Source: Fimbriosthenelais zetlandica
Taxonomy: Eukaryota
Direction: 5' to 3'
DNA: 64,000 bases
Assembly (NCBI GenBank): GCA_977030845.1
Contig: OZ365115.1
Location: forward strand, 29,326,001 to 29,390,000
Positions within the stretch are counted from its first letter, which is position 1; each line of letters starts with the position of its first letter. The notes beneath the pieces were generated by a model that saw only the letters and a program-made list of their open reading frames with translations, ran no database searches and was not told the origin of the DNA. The position numbers were made by a program, and so were the translations under genes. This document shows positions 32,901 to 45,200 of this stretch, in pieces.

Positions 32901-35900
32901 AAGACCAAAGTTGCCAGGCGAGGGATACATTTGGAGCCCATAGCCGCACCTAGAATTTGTTTGAAGTTGGAGTCTCCAAATTGGAATGTGTTATTGTCTA
33001 AGACTAGGTAAATGGCATCTAGTAGAAATTGTTTTGGGAAGCGAGCATGTAGATCTTGTGGATGTTTGTCAATCCAGTAGTTCATGGCTTCCAAGGCTAA
33101 TGTGTGGTCAATGTTGCTATATAGGTTGCAGACATCTAAAGTGATGAATGTTTCGTTGTCATTGATGTTATTTGGGAGATGGTTGAGGAAGTCCAGATCA
33201 TCCCTGACAAAGCTTTTTACATGCTTGATAAATGGTTCCAGAAGTAAGTCAATCAAGTTGCTTAGTCTGTGGGTGGGGCAGGAGGGACCAGCAACAATTG
33301 GTCTGAATTTGAGGTCTGTGGGGTTAGGAACCAGTATTGTGTTGGATCTCTGTTCTTTTATGGCGTCAATTATTGCTTTGCTTTTGTGTATTTTGGGTAA
33401 GCCATAAAAGTTGCTTGTTTTCACCTCAAATTTTAGTAAATAATTGACTTCTTCTTTAGTTAGGGTGTCATATTTGGAGGTGAGATCTTTGATTTTGTTC
33501 ATAATGTCTTTATCTAGATTTTTTGGGATTGTTTTATAGGTATTTATATCATTAAGTAGATCGAATATTTTGGATTTATAGTAGTTTTTTTCCATTACTA
33601 CCACTGCTGCTCCTTTATCTGCTTCCTTTATGATAGTGTTTTGATCCAGTTTAGTTTTTAGTGTTTTTAGTCCGTCAGATTCAGTTCTTGTGAGGTTGCT
33701 TCTAATGTTTTTGTTGCTTTTTTCAGCAAGGGGGTATTTAGAAATTATGTCAACATATGAGTCCAAGGCTGTATTGTGGCCCCTTTGAGGGGTGAATGTG
33801 CCTTTGTTCTTGACAAGGGAGTTTGTTTCCTCACGTTCTTACTTCCACAATAAATAATGAAAAGCACATTTTTGCCATTCATTTTTTGATATATCTCACT
33901 TCACTCAGAAATCTACTCATCATTTCTGTATATATATATATATATATATATATGATATCCTATTACATTTATTATTATATTTAGTCTGTTCCAGTATTGA
34001 GTTGGCAGTCTGTTATTAATTTTTTTTTCAGACTTACTACGGATATTCAGGATTTCAAGAGTTCGTTCAAACTGTGTATTTCTCAGGGTCTGAGGAGCAC
34101 AACTCAGGTGAGTCAGTGCATAATATTTTATAATTTATCATTTTTATAATTATCATTTACTAATGGGATAACGGTAGACATCTTAACTTTTATGAATAAT
34201 GTGATAATTATAAATGATTCCAGGTGATAGGATGTGCAGGATCTCTGCTGATTATTTCACCTAAGTTGACGTCCCTATTGTTTGTCGTGGTACCCTCCAT
34301 TATTCTGGTCGGTACAGGTATAGGCTCGTTATTAAGGAAGCTCAGTCGCCAGGCTCAAGCTCAGGTGAGGGCCTCATTATTTCTGACTTAAATCATTGTC
34401 AATCATACGGGGCTCAAAATAGCCGCATATGGAGCGCAGCTTGCGAGGGGAATTAAAAAAAATATGATTCGCAGTCTTTCGAAAATCAACGAAATTTTCA
34501 TATAATATTATAGGGAATATCTTTTAATATATTGATTACAGGTTGCCAAGGCTACGGCTGTAGCTGATGAAGCTGTTGGAAACGTTAGAACCGTCCGGGC
34601 TTTTGCTATGGAAACCAAAGAAATGGAGTAAGAATTTTACCTATCACGGTTCTTGGGGACAACATTTAGCACATAGATATAACTTTTGCATTGGAGGGTT
34701 CTGAGGGCATCCGATTTTAATGTTGATTCGCATCACCCGCCCGCCCTTAGAATAAAAAAGAATACCGTCCTCCCCATTTGGCCACCAGTGAAAAAAAGCT
34801 TCTAAAAACGCCAAAAGCATATACCGGTAGCCTTTTATGTCACTTTTTTCACTCGAAAAACTTGAAGACCAAAATCTTGAAGACCATCCTGCACTGACTC
34901 CCGGATCGAGGACAAGTAGGCAGGACATAAGTGGGTAAAGTTGCAAAAACAAAGTTGGCCCCCATTAGCCTACATGATTGTGCATTTTTTGAGTTGTTTA
35001 AGAGTTTTTTAATTTCTTCTTTTGTCCGCCCGCCCTCCCATCCATACCTTTGTCATGCTAATCATAGGTATTAGTATTTAATACGCATGATCTGAGAGAC
35101 AGGGACACAACAATAAGCTGTCAGCAGAGGGATATATAATTATAATATATTGAGAGAGCAGCATCACAGGAAACAGGTAGAGCATTTACTGTCATAGCTG
35201 TCAGACAGTCAGCTAATACAAAGCATTTACTTTGACATGTCTGTTCGGAAAGCTAATGACTCCTCATAACACTGCCATCTCATTGGCATTGTCCACCGTG
35301 ATATAAATATACTTTCAATCCAATTAACTTGGCAAAGTCATATTACAGTTACTTAGGCCTACCTGTTATTTCCTCCCTTCAATTAAATATCTACCCTCAT
35401 GCGTATAACGATGCTACCTATTCAGTTGAACAAATAATTCTTCTAATTACAGTTATTAATCAAGAATAGTTAATTGGAAATGGTCTTTTTACCGTTGTTT
35501 TGTCAAAATGGAATGTGAAAATTATGTTTACTGTTTTTGAATATACCGTACTGTATATAATTATGTGTATGCTACTAAATTAATTGCTTTATTCTTGCAG
35601 CTTGTATAATGAGGAGGTTGACCATTCAGCTAGAATGAACATGGTCCTTGGTTTGGGTATTGGTGCTTTCCAAGGCCTTTCAAATCTGGCATTGAATGGT
35701 AAGTATTCTCTTACTTAATATATTATTCAAATTTTAATTCATGACTTTGTACCCCTTTCCAAGGCATTTCACCCAGCATAATTTCTAATGAAAAGAAATA
35801 CAGAATAATACAGAATACAAAACGATTAAAAATTCATTTGTACTTGAATGTCTTATCAATATGTAAGAGATAAAGTAAGAGGGGGTCTGTGAGAGAAGGC

Positions 35901-38900
35901 GGGGGGGGGGGGGGGGGGGGTAACATTTGATAAAAGTGGAATCGTAATATTGATTTTGATTATTTTTGCAGGTATAGTATTAGGAACGTTGTATATGGGG
36001 GGATCACTAATGGCTGACGGGACGCTTCGTCCTGGTGACCTCATGTCCTTTATGGTGGCTACTCAAACAGTCCAGAGGTCAGTCCATTTGTTAGTAAATT
36101 CATCAATTGTTAAACACTTCAAAATCATTCACCGGTAGAGAATCAAGGAAAAAAATGAGTTTCACTTTTTAACGACGGGGAATACTGGAAAAATCAGGTA
36201 AAACTAAAGGAATTTCGACACTGACTCAGGAGGATAATCTTTCGGAGATTGATGCGTACAATCCCATGCCCGCCACTGGTGTTCAGAGTGCTTCATATGA
36301 CTAAAATATCTCTTAGAATTTAAGGGATTACGCAGGGAAATAATCAGGGAAAACCCGGTGAATTCTGTTTTCATGAAGTGCTGGGAACCCTGCTTAGAAT
36401 ATAAACAAGTAAAAACAAACGATTACTACAACGGGTTAAAGTATTTTTATTCCGAGATAATTAATACTGAGTTGTATTAAGATAGAAAGTAGCACATTTT
36501 CAATACTATAGATGAGGTAGTACTGGGTTTCCAAAACACAGCTCTTCTGTCATTTCTTATAGAACACGCACGGCTTGTCACAGGTTGACTGTATGGGGCT
36601 GAGGTCGGTGTCGATTGAATTCCATGTACACCTGAAGTTTTTTGTCTCTGTATTTTTTTCAGGTCGTTAGCTCAAATGTCCCTTCTCTTTGGTCAGGCTG
36701 TGAGGGGATTCAGTGCTGGTGCACGTGTATTTGAGGTAATTATTCTTGATTTCTCTTTTAAAAGTACTTAGTAACTACAGGAATTCATACAAACTATGAT
36801 ACATACTATGAACAGAAGTGTATTATATTTTCCTGTTGGAAATTCTGTCCTAAGATAATTGAACTTATAATCTTAAGCTCATAATTTTGATTTTCCAGTA
36901 CCTGGAATTACAACCCAGTATTGCCCTATCAGGGGGAGAAAAGGTGCCCTATCATACATTCCATGGTGGCGTGGAGTTCAATAAGGTTACATTCAATTAC
37001 CCCACCCGACCTGAACAGGTAAACCATGTGTTCTTCTTTTAATAAAATTTTATATGTTCCATGAAATCAACTTTTTGCTACAGTCTGATTAAATAACGAA
37101 CAAAAGATCAGGAAACCACTTTCTTTCTACTTTGCCTTGAGTGGAATGAAATTTTGTTTTCAAAACGTAGCGCTGAATGGGACTGTGCAACTCATTTCAT
37201 GAAAACAAATTTTATTTGGACTGAATTTCCACTACAGAGACCGTACTTGCGTTTTCAGGTGATTTTGAATGACTTCAGTCTCAAGCTTCCAGCTGGTCGC
37301 ATGGTTGCTCTGTGTGGATCATCAGGAGGTGGTGAGTTATGCTCAATTTTTTAGCATTTTTTTCTGATCAATTATGGACAACTATACAACATTTGAACTA
37401 TCAGACCTATACAACAAAAGCAGCATTCAAATATTTTTGTGGACTGACTATCAAAATATCTGGCTTGAAATCAAAATATTTTATGGTTGAACTTCAATAA
37501 AGGCTGGAGCGTTCACATTGATTGGTACAATGATAGAAAGACTTGAGTTACATCTGAGTGATCGGATTAACGCCAAACGAAAACTCTGGTTGATCCCTGC
37601 ATAAAAAACAATATTCAGGGTGGAATTCACCAGAACCAGTATACCGGTGAAAGGGCCCCATGAGGCAAATGGCTTACAATAATCTGGGTAGCAGAGACTA
37701 GCTGCAAAGGCATTGGCTGCAAGAAGGCCCCAGCTTACAAAGTAGCTGAGGGCCATAGCGCTGATCATGTTCGATATAGACTTGCTCCTGTTCAGGTGCC
37801 TCAGTGTCTTCTTCCGTTGGTTGACATGCGAACTTGTGCTGGGCACTTCCAGGTTATTACCATTACTTACTGTGGAAATAAATGTCTCTGATATCAGGGA
37901 TCTCACTAGATGCTTGATCCACAGGGCAGTTAGAATCTGAAAGATGCAAGTCATTAGAAGTAATCCAGTAGAGATGGATGTTCCCAGACGGAGATATGTT
38001 CGGCTGAAGTGCCCAGCTGCAAATTGACAACTGAGTTCATGAGGTGGGTTGGGGTCCATGGTGGCGAAGCCAGAGCCAGAGATGGCGCAACATGTGCAAA
38101 TTGATGCAAATATAGTGATAAACACATTTGCACGAGTCAGGTATATTTTAGTGCCAACCGGTGCCACTAATAACAAGAAATGCATGAGGGAGAGGAATGT
38201 TATAGCACTTAATGACGTCAAAGCTGAAAGTGTGGCCACAGATAAGGCAGCACAGCACAGAAAGTAGTTATATGGGTCCAAGTATATGATGAAAAGTCTC
38301 AACAGAAAGTAACATCCAAGTATCATGTGGCCGAAAGCTATGTAAGTGAAGAAATATTTAGTTGCAGCGTGGTGCACCTTCCAAAAGGGTAAAGCATGGA
38401 TGACTAGGCAGTTTCCTATGAGGAGGATCATGGCTACAGGAAGCTGAACAAATGCTAAAGCATAATTTGGAGAATGAGGTAGATTCTCTGCTGGAGAATT
38501 GGTGTAATTTTGGGAAGTCTCTGTGGACAAATTGGCATCCATGGTGTCCTAGAACGCTCCACTTTCAATATAAGATTGAGAAAAAAAATGATGACTTTTC
38601 CGCAATATGTTTTTCCTGTGTTTAAGCCTTTCCTTGGCAATGCTTGAACATTGAGGTGTTCAAAATTTTGAGTCTAAAGTTTTGAAGGAATTCTTTCTAA
38701 GAATTGGTTGTATCTTATTTGATAAGAAATAGTACTCGAGCATGTTTCTTAATGAAACATACCTTCTCTTGTTGGAGACTGTATGTGCAATGATTGTTCA
38801 ACTAGTAGTTAATGGCAATGAGCCCACGAGTGTTCAACAACAGACAGTGGTTGGCCTTCCATGCGATGCTCGCCACTGCTGCTTCACCGATGGCAGAACA

Positions 38901-41550
38901 CAGCCACTCCTATGACATAACACATTCAGTAGCTGAATTGAATTACATGTATTATGAAGAGAGTGAGTATTGAAAAAGCAGACCAGACTGTAACCCTTTC
39001 CAAAGTTTTGTTATAAGATATTTCTGAAAAAAAATATATGGAGTTTAGAGACAGATGGACAGAGATAGATAGAGAGCGAGATAGAGTGAAAACAGAGTCC
39101 AAGAAAGAGGTGTGGTGACGGAGAGAGAGAGAGAGATAAAAGAGACAGATAGATAGGAACACAGACAAGCCTATTGATGTATAGATGTATCTACCCGAAT
39201 ATCTATACTAGGAATATGAAATATTTAAAAAATTAATAATTATAAAATGCCTTTTACTTTGCAGGGAAGTCTACTATAGCAGCATTGTTAGAGAGGTTCT
39301 ATGATGTAGAATCAGGTAATATTAAAATAGACGGACATGACATCAGATCACTGGACCCTAGCTGGTTACGGGGACGAGCTATAGGCTACATCAACCAGGT
39401 AAACATGTGTACACATTATGGTCGCTTTCCACTGACATTTTACGCTAAAAATTCTAATAAAATAGTTTAGAATTTTATCTATTAAGTTAAACCTTTGTAT
39501 GAGGTCGCGGAGATTGGAGTGTTATTAGGTATATGAAATTTGTAATAATTGACCTGTAATTATTTTCTTTTGTTATATAACGAGTAAATAGAATGGCACC
39601 TTTTTGTAAGACAACGTGAAAAAACGCCGAATGGCGGTATTGGTTTGAGAAGCGTCTTCAATAAAAAAGAACTCATTGACTAATAAGTATCAGTGACTGT
39701 AATATATATTTCAGGAACCTGTACTCTTTGCTACAAGTGTGCGAGAAAATATCCGGTACGGTAAGCCTGAGGCTACCGACCAAGAGGTAGGTTTGATCTT
39801 ATTTGGCCATTTTTGGATGCTACACTTCATAGGAATATAATTTTACTGTTAGAAGTTTTTTTAGGATTTGTGACGGCCTCTGTATTAGCTATGGAAAAAT
39901 AATAATTTTAGTGAGGGAAGGGTTGGCTGTGGCGCTCTTCTGATGAGACAAAATGTAGACTGCTCTGTTTAACAGAGTGATTTGTAAGGCCATCGGTTGT
40001 GAGTCCGTCGGTTTATGCCTAATTGCCTTATTCTTGAGAAAATACAACATCAGGCCATACAAGTTTTAATTGGTATATACTTGCCCGGCGTAATTCACAG
40101 TGGACTTGTCATCGGGCCATTTGTTAATGTACAGGTGTACCCCAAAGATACTACTCACAGTTTACACATGCATTTTAGAACATAAGGGTTTTCCGGTGTC
40201 AGGTCCCGCCGGATATGCCTCCCACTGGCTGTAGTAAAAGATCCCTTTCTGCTATTGCTATCAGAAAAAAACACAGCATTACGCCTAAAGCATGTATATC
40301 GGATCCTCCTCACCCCCATATGACCCTGCCTCTTCCTGCAACCTAATTAACTTATAGTGTGAATCATTTCATACATCAACAAGTGACGTGTTTTCATGAA
40401 ATGAGTCTAAGTCGCAAAAATGGATTTTGAGTTAATTGCAGGTACTTATAGAAATACCACTGAGCTTGCGGATTTTAAATCAGGTGTTAATTCTTTTCTG
40501 AAGGAAAATCCTGAAATCTTGAAGGGACAACACTGGCACAAATTAACTCAGGCCCGTAACGCTGAATGGGCCTGAAACTTTGGACTCATTTCATGAAAAC
40601 ACATTTATTTAAAATAAAGAAAATTTGTTTTCCTTTTATCCACAGGTGGAGGAGGCAGCTAAGTTGGCTAACGCCCATAACTTTATATCAGGCTTCCCAA
40701 AAGGTTACGATACCATACTTGGTGAGCGTGGTGTCACTGTGTCTGGGGGTCAGAAACAGAGGATTGCTATTGCTCGAGCACTCATCAAAAACCCATCTAT
40801 TCTAATACTCGACGAAGCTACCAGGTACAACATATCACCTATCATATCCTCTGAAAAATGATATACCGCAATTATTATATCAAATATTTTAGCAAATTAG
40901 TCTATGGTTATAAAATAATGTTAAGTATCATCATCAAAATGTATGAAATAAGATCAATGGATTTTATTAAAAAGACAGAATAATAGTGGTCCTTTCAAAA
41001 GAAAAACATTCTAACCAGGACTTGAATTGAAACCTTTTACTATTTATTTTGTTGTTAAGAAATATTTATATAACTAGGTAATATCAGAATATTTTATTCC
41101 ATTTTTAACGCAATTTATTTTTCTATATTGTCAGTGCTTTGGATGCAGAGTCGGAGAGAGTGGTTCAGGCAGCTTTAGATAACGTAGTGAAGGGTAGGAC
41201 TGTACTAGTCATTGCTCATCGTCTGAGCACAATTAGAGACGCTGATTTAATAGCTGTGGTGGCCAATGGAACAATTGCCGAGGTAAATTCACTATTCTAG
41301 AACTTTAATATTTCAATTTAATAGATATATTCATCAGTGAAGCCCAGTTTATAAATGCTTTCTGAATGTTACAAATAGTCATATATTAAGTACTTGGTTA
41401 CATTTTTCTTTGATTATTAAAAATTTGTTATAAAATGTTTTATTTTAGATTGGTACTCACTCTGAGTTGAAAAAGAAAGGCGGGCTCTATTGGAACCTCA
41501 TCCGTCAACAAGATTCACAGCAGTCACGTGGGTTCTGGGCTAAAGGTTGA
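29905..41550 (+). CDS. ABCB8: Mitochondrial ABC half-transporter ABCB8 (MITOSUR), about 687 aa
   Basis: Exons: 29905-30258 (basic presequence-like start; acceptor at 29892, possible extra upstream exon 29046-29086), 30865-31020, 31257-31402, 34032-34107, 34224-34364, 34542-34627, 35601-35698, 35972-36077, 36663-36735, 36899-37018, 37259-37331, 39265-39398, 39715-39786, 40646-40824, 41135-41282, 41449-41550. ABCB8-type motifs: [42 protein letters not shown]. Walker A GSSGGGKS, signature VSGGQ, Walker [14 protein letters not shown]-loop IAHRLST. Confidence 0.92.
31572..31612 (-). ncRNA. Hammerhead-ribozyme-like motif in the Penelope 3' repeat (non-canonical core)
   Basis: The - strand reads GGTG-TGATGA-TCGC(TTAAAA)GCGA-GAAA-GTAC-TTC-CAC. 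It has stem II, GAAA and a palindromic AAGTACTT stem III, but lacks the canonical C3 of CUGAUGA. Confidence 0.4.
31751..33838 (-). CDS. Penelope-like reverse transcriptase-GIY-YIG endonuclease polyprotein, no native start codon
   Basis: Open frame of 696 codons including the stop. Motifs: [61 protein letters not shown], linker [17 protein letters not shown]...YYIGKT...RLNNH, ending [13 protein letters not shown]. Confidence 0.93.
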   Translation of the reverse strand, partial: EREETNSLVKNKGTFTPQRGHNTALDSYVDIISKYPLAEKSNKNIRSNLTRTESDGLKTLKTKLDQNTIIKEADKGAAVVVMEKNYYKSKIFDLLNDINTYKTIPKNLDKDIMNKIKDLTSKYDTLTKEEVNYLLKFEVKTSNFYGLPKIHKSKAIIDAIKEQRSNTILVPNPTDLKFRPIVAGPSCPTHRLSNLIDLLLEPFIKHVKSFVRDDLDFLNHLPNNINDNETFITLDVCNLYSNIDHTLALEAMNYWIDKHPQDLHARFPKQFLLDAIYLVLDNNTFQFGDSNFKQILGAAMGSKCIPRLATLVLGYLETKLYSEVEIKYNQRYRTYIENNFKRYLDDCFIIWDDTQGNAIEFKDILNNLNEHLKFTMETNREEIAFLDILIKRKDNDIVTDIYYKPTDTKSYLNFFSCHPRHTKTNIPYNLARRICTIVSDIPLRDERLLELHQYLLKRKYPTTLIDAGIEKAKSLRMEELRSPNTERVQENTNTLTFVNTMNPKHCNMFKTLKDNMTIMENNDIMKQIMNNTTFINGKRQAPNLKKLLTRAKFENTCQTVGVTKCGQARCLACKYIIEGESFNFHKANFNFKVQSALNCNSSNVLYVLICQGCKQYYIGKTKTALRFRLNNHRSHVNNPQNAILYCSRHFAACASQHEIKMRVMPFYQVHSSNDDLLTVKEHYFIEKLKPSLNRE
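37481..38542 (-). CDS. Intronless rhodopsin-like (class A) orphan GPCR nested antisense in an ABCB8 intron, 353 aa
   Basis: Seven hydrophobic segments, N-terminal N-glycosylation sequon (NYT), TM1 GN (LIGNCLVI), Cys at the top of TM3 and in ECL2, basic ICL3, TM7 NSTLNIVFY followed by FR helix 8. Confidence 0.85.
   Translation of the reverse strand: MDANLSTETSQNYTNSPAENLPHSPNYALAFVQLPVAMILLIGNCLVIHALPFWKVHHAATKYFFTYIAFGHMILGCYFLLRLFIIYLDPYNYFLCCAALSVATLSALTSLSAITFLSLMHFLLLVAPVGTKIYLTRANVFITIFASICTCCAISGSGFATMDPNPPHELSCQFAAGHFSRTYLRLGTSISTGLLLMTCIFQILTALWIKHLVRSLISETFISTVSNGNNLEVPSTSSHVNQRKKTLRHLNRSKSISNMISAMALSYFVSWGLLAANAFAASLCYPDYCKPFASWGPFTGILVLVNSTLNIVFYAGINQSFRLALIRSLRCNSSLSIIVPINVNAPAFIEVQP
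39052..39165. repeat. Degenerate (GA)n/(GATA)n purine-rich microsatellite
   Basis: Read directly from the sequence; lies upstream of the GPCR. Confidence 0.7.
40388..40602. mobile_element. MITE with perfect 20-bp TIRs; internally deleted relative at about 37153-37208
   Basis: GTGTTTTCATGAAATGAGTC ... GACTCATTTCATGAAAACAC. CGCTGAATGGG...ACTCATTTCATGAAAACA is shared with the 37.2-kb copy. No clear TSD. Confidence 0.7.
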
Positions 41551-42213
41551 TTGGACCTTTTCACTCTTCATCTTTACATCCTAGTTAGTAGTCTTTTTAT
41601 TTTAATCTAATTTTATATCAATCCTCTTTGTTTGCCCTCGTTTTGCCCCCATCCTGAAGGCCATGCTCCAATGCTGCGATTTTGGAGGATGGGCTTATTT
41701 AGCAAATGGTAAAGATTATAAAGAGTACAGCATCTGCCACATGCTGCTTGTTGTGGCTAATTTACAGGTGGTGAATGCCAAATATGATTTGGAGTTTTTA
41801 TTCAAATATTACAGAGACACGGTACAATATCATGAATTTGAACATACAGGTTTACAACCAATTTATTATATACATGTATAAACATGGTTTTCACTCTTAC
41901 TTTATGATTATAAGTAATGATCACAACATATCTTATTCGTTAATAGTTAATTTATATAATTGGTCATTATATAATAGGCTACATTGCATAATTAACGACG
42001 CCCCTACACTTGTGTTATCATGCAAGTTGGGGTGTTATGTAACAATAAGTTATGCAAGAATTTGTTTTCAGTTAAAATATTGCTTCCAATACATTAACAG
42101 AGCATGAAATAACAGTTTTTATCGAGACATAAATCATGTCCTTTTCCCAAAGAATTAAAATAGATATATATAGATCAGTTGAATGTTGGTAAAATGAATG
42201 ATCTAGGAGGGTA

Positions 42214-45200
42214 TTATTCTGTTTTCTGCTCTGTGTCATCTTGTTGAGTCTTGGTCGGGATATAGGGAGTGATTGTACTGGATGATCCTATGGTTGTCAC
42301 AGTGCTCTCCCTTTCCTGCAAAATGTGATTCATTATTTAAATTGTGACAAAAATTTCATTAGTGATATTTTTCACTGAATTCTGTCAATTTTGCACCAAT
42401 TTCTCATTATTTCATCCTTTCGTGTGATTTCTGGCATGGATTCTTACTAAGTGCACGGCTATGTTGATTTGTCTGTAATAATTATTTCTCAGGTGAAGGT
42501 GCTAACATTTTTACGCAGTGGAATTGCCGGGGTTTAAAGCTTGAAGGCCTTAGATTAGTTGCATTCTAACCGACCGCACTAACTATTATCATTAAGCAAA
42601 AATCTACCAACCCTTCCATATAGATCTAGAGTTTTCACTTTGTCCAGTAAGGCCTCCGCTTCCGGCGTTCCCCTCAGACTGGCGTATTCTGCTGGCGTCC
42701 TCCCATCCTTGTCCACTCTGTGCTCTATCTCTCTTGCATTTGCCTGCAGTAATACCCTCTGTAGTATAAGACTTTCCTGCTCCGGCATTAGATAGGCATA
42801 GTGAAGCGGATAGCGATTACACTGGAAAAAAATGACTGGAAATTAATTAATTATTCATTCAGGTACAATAAACCTAAATCTAGGGACGGTTTTAGGTTAA
42901 GGGGTAATTTACCACCATTTTTGCACATGGCGAAAAAAAAGTAAAACAAAAATATAAACCATTAAAATGTTGATGGAATTGAACAGAATGTTATAATGGA
43001 GAGAGGATATGAAGTGACTTACATTGTCTGGTACCAGTGTTAACTGGGGTCTCTCTGTAATCAACATCTCAGCGACCTCGGCTTGATTGAACACAATAGC
43101 CTTTGTCAAAGCTGTGAATCCATTCTACAAAATAGATTGCTTATCATAAACAGGAAATATCCTGTCAAATAGAGTAATAGCAAGTGACTAGGCAACTCCC
43201 TACTTAACCAAAACCAGGAAATAAGATTTGAAACTTGCATTAATTAACTTCTGGCAACATACATAACAGGATATAATATTATACATAATGCCAAATTGTA
43301 TTGAATTCTTGATAAGCATGATTAACGTCAGTCATTTCGTATCAATGACATTGTCAAAACAAACTTATATATAAGCATATGCCAACACACAAATGACAAG
43401 ATTTTGTTTAATGCTACGGTACTTCACTGAAAATCTTGGGTTGATTGCATGTTGATACATGTTTGTATTCACATTTGAAACATTTTTTTCCGAAAACGTA
43501 CTTAAATGAATTTAGGCTGAATCCTAATTGCTATCTTACTTGACTATCGCGATAGTGGCGGCCCCTTTTAAGAGAGAAGGACATACCTGGTCTTTGTAGA
43601 TGGCTCTATTTAGTTTGACTACCCTCTGTACATCTCCAATCTTTGCTGCTTCAAACAATTTCTTCGCTTGTCTCTATAATGCAGAAAGAATCCAATTAAA
43701 ACTTAATTACCGCAAAGGATTGTAAATGCAAATACTAATGTGCATGATTTCCCTCTATACTTTTTGCCTTTAATCTATTAACATATTTAGCTTAACCATT
43801 CAGCTATAACCATTAAATTCTTCACCCACCTCTAACGTAGAATAATGTTCTGTGGCTTGGATGTCTTGTTCATTTCCTCCTTCCTTCGCTAATTCCAATA
43901 CTGATTTTCCTGACTGAAAAATAATAGATTTTTCCTATTAGTCATAATAGTGGAATTACATGTGCGAAGTATTTTGTCCTGGAAATATGACTGTTCGTTT
44001 AATTTTGGTTTCATTTTTGCTATAGATGCCACCGTGGGTTTGAATATGGCAAAGACAATGCAATATATTTCATTTGAACGATTGTGTGTACATACATGTG
44101 TGATTACAATTATATATATTTTCTTTACCTTGTTACACATTTTCACTGCTTGTTTGCCGTAAAAATTCAATGGAAGATTCACTAGATATCCCCAATTCCA
44201 GTTGTCAAAGAAATACTGCAAGGAATATATAAGTACATGTATGTAATGTGATATAGTATCTCTGGATATATTACGTTTCATTCGACATGTTTATAGATGA
44301 TCTATTCTGAATAAATTCAGATGTTTCACAAATATTGATCATCTTCTCTTACCGCATCAATTACTTCAACGATATCTAGCTTTCCAAGTCTTTCTGCCAA
44401 CTCCCTTGGAGTTTCTCCTTTCTGAAAACAATGGGAATATGTTTTTATGATAATCCTACTTTAAAGGCAATTTTTTTCTTTATTTTTTTTACAGTCTGTT
44501 CACCCTAAGTTGATCCGAAACCACAGTACAAATGTATGGTGGTTTCGGATCAACTTAGAGTGAACAGACTGTAAATCTTCTCACATTTACGGTTGGTCAA
44601 GTTTTACTTCCTAAAGAACAGGTCTTCCCTAACTATCTGTTGCCCGTATCTTAGACCCTTTATTCTAGTATCAATATTGTTCATTACGCAAGTTATTCTA
44701 CGCATATCTGTTGAAAAATGAAGACTAACCGAGTTCCTGTCCAGTATATTGAGTCCCTTTCTGTGCTGGATTAAAGCTGATATCAAGGAAGCAGACCGGC
44801 CGTTAGTTATGGCTCTAAATACGGATGTATTTCCCTTCTGAAATAATGAAAATATATATGTTGTCACTTCTAAAATCACTGGCATGTCACTTTGAATTAA
44901 TATTAAAATTATATTTAAAAAAAAAATCAAAATATACTACACTAAGAAATAACTCACAGAGTCCCGTTCACAGTCTTGATAATCGTCGATGTGCTCAGAT
45001 AGGAATCTCCACATGTCGTCACTAATTAAGAAGTCCAGAGTTTTGAAGTAAATAGGTATAGTTGCATCTTCCTAATATGAAACGGAAAATAGTATCAAAA
45101 GGTTGCTCGTGATAATAGACTCTCCCTTTATGAGCCTAAAAATGATCTGTATATTATCATAAATTGTAAACAAAATACAATCCTCATATAAAAAGATAAG

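Larger units (their letters stand above)
31527..33894 (-). mobile_element. Penelope-like retroelement (RT plus GIY-YIG), 5'-truncated with an inverted terminal copy, in an ABCB8 intron
   Basis: RT/endonuclease ORF; perfect 55-bp inverted repeat 31527-31581 / 33840-33894; (TA)n tracts on both sides (about 31516-31532 and 33929-33952). Confidence 0.9.

Noticed and set aside
31829-33407. Several + strand ORFs within the retroelement
   Set aside because: Antisense shadows of the RT frame.
39940-39947. CTGATGAG hammerhead-like core
   Set aside because: No downstream stem II-GAAA arrangement.
40739-40753. ABC signature VSGGQ instead of LSGGQ in ABCB8
   Set aside because: Conservative change with Walker A/B, D-loop and H-loop intact; no basis for calling it degenerate.
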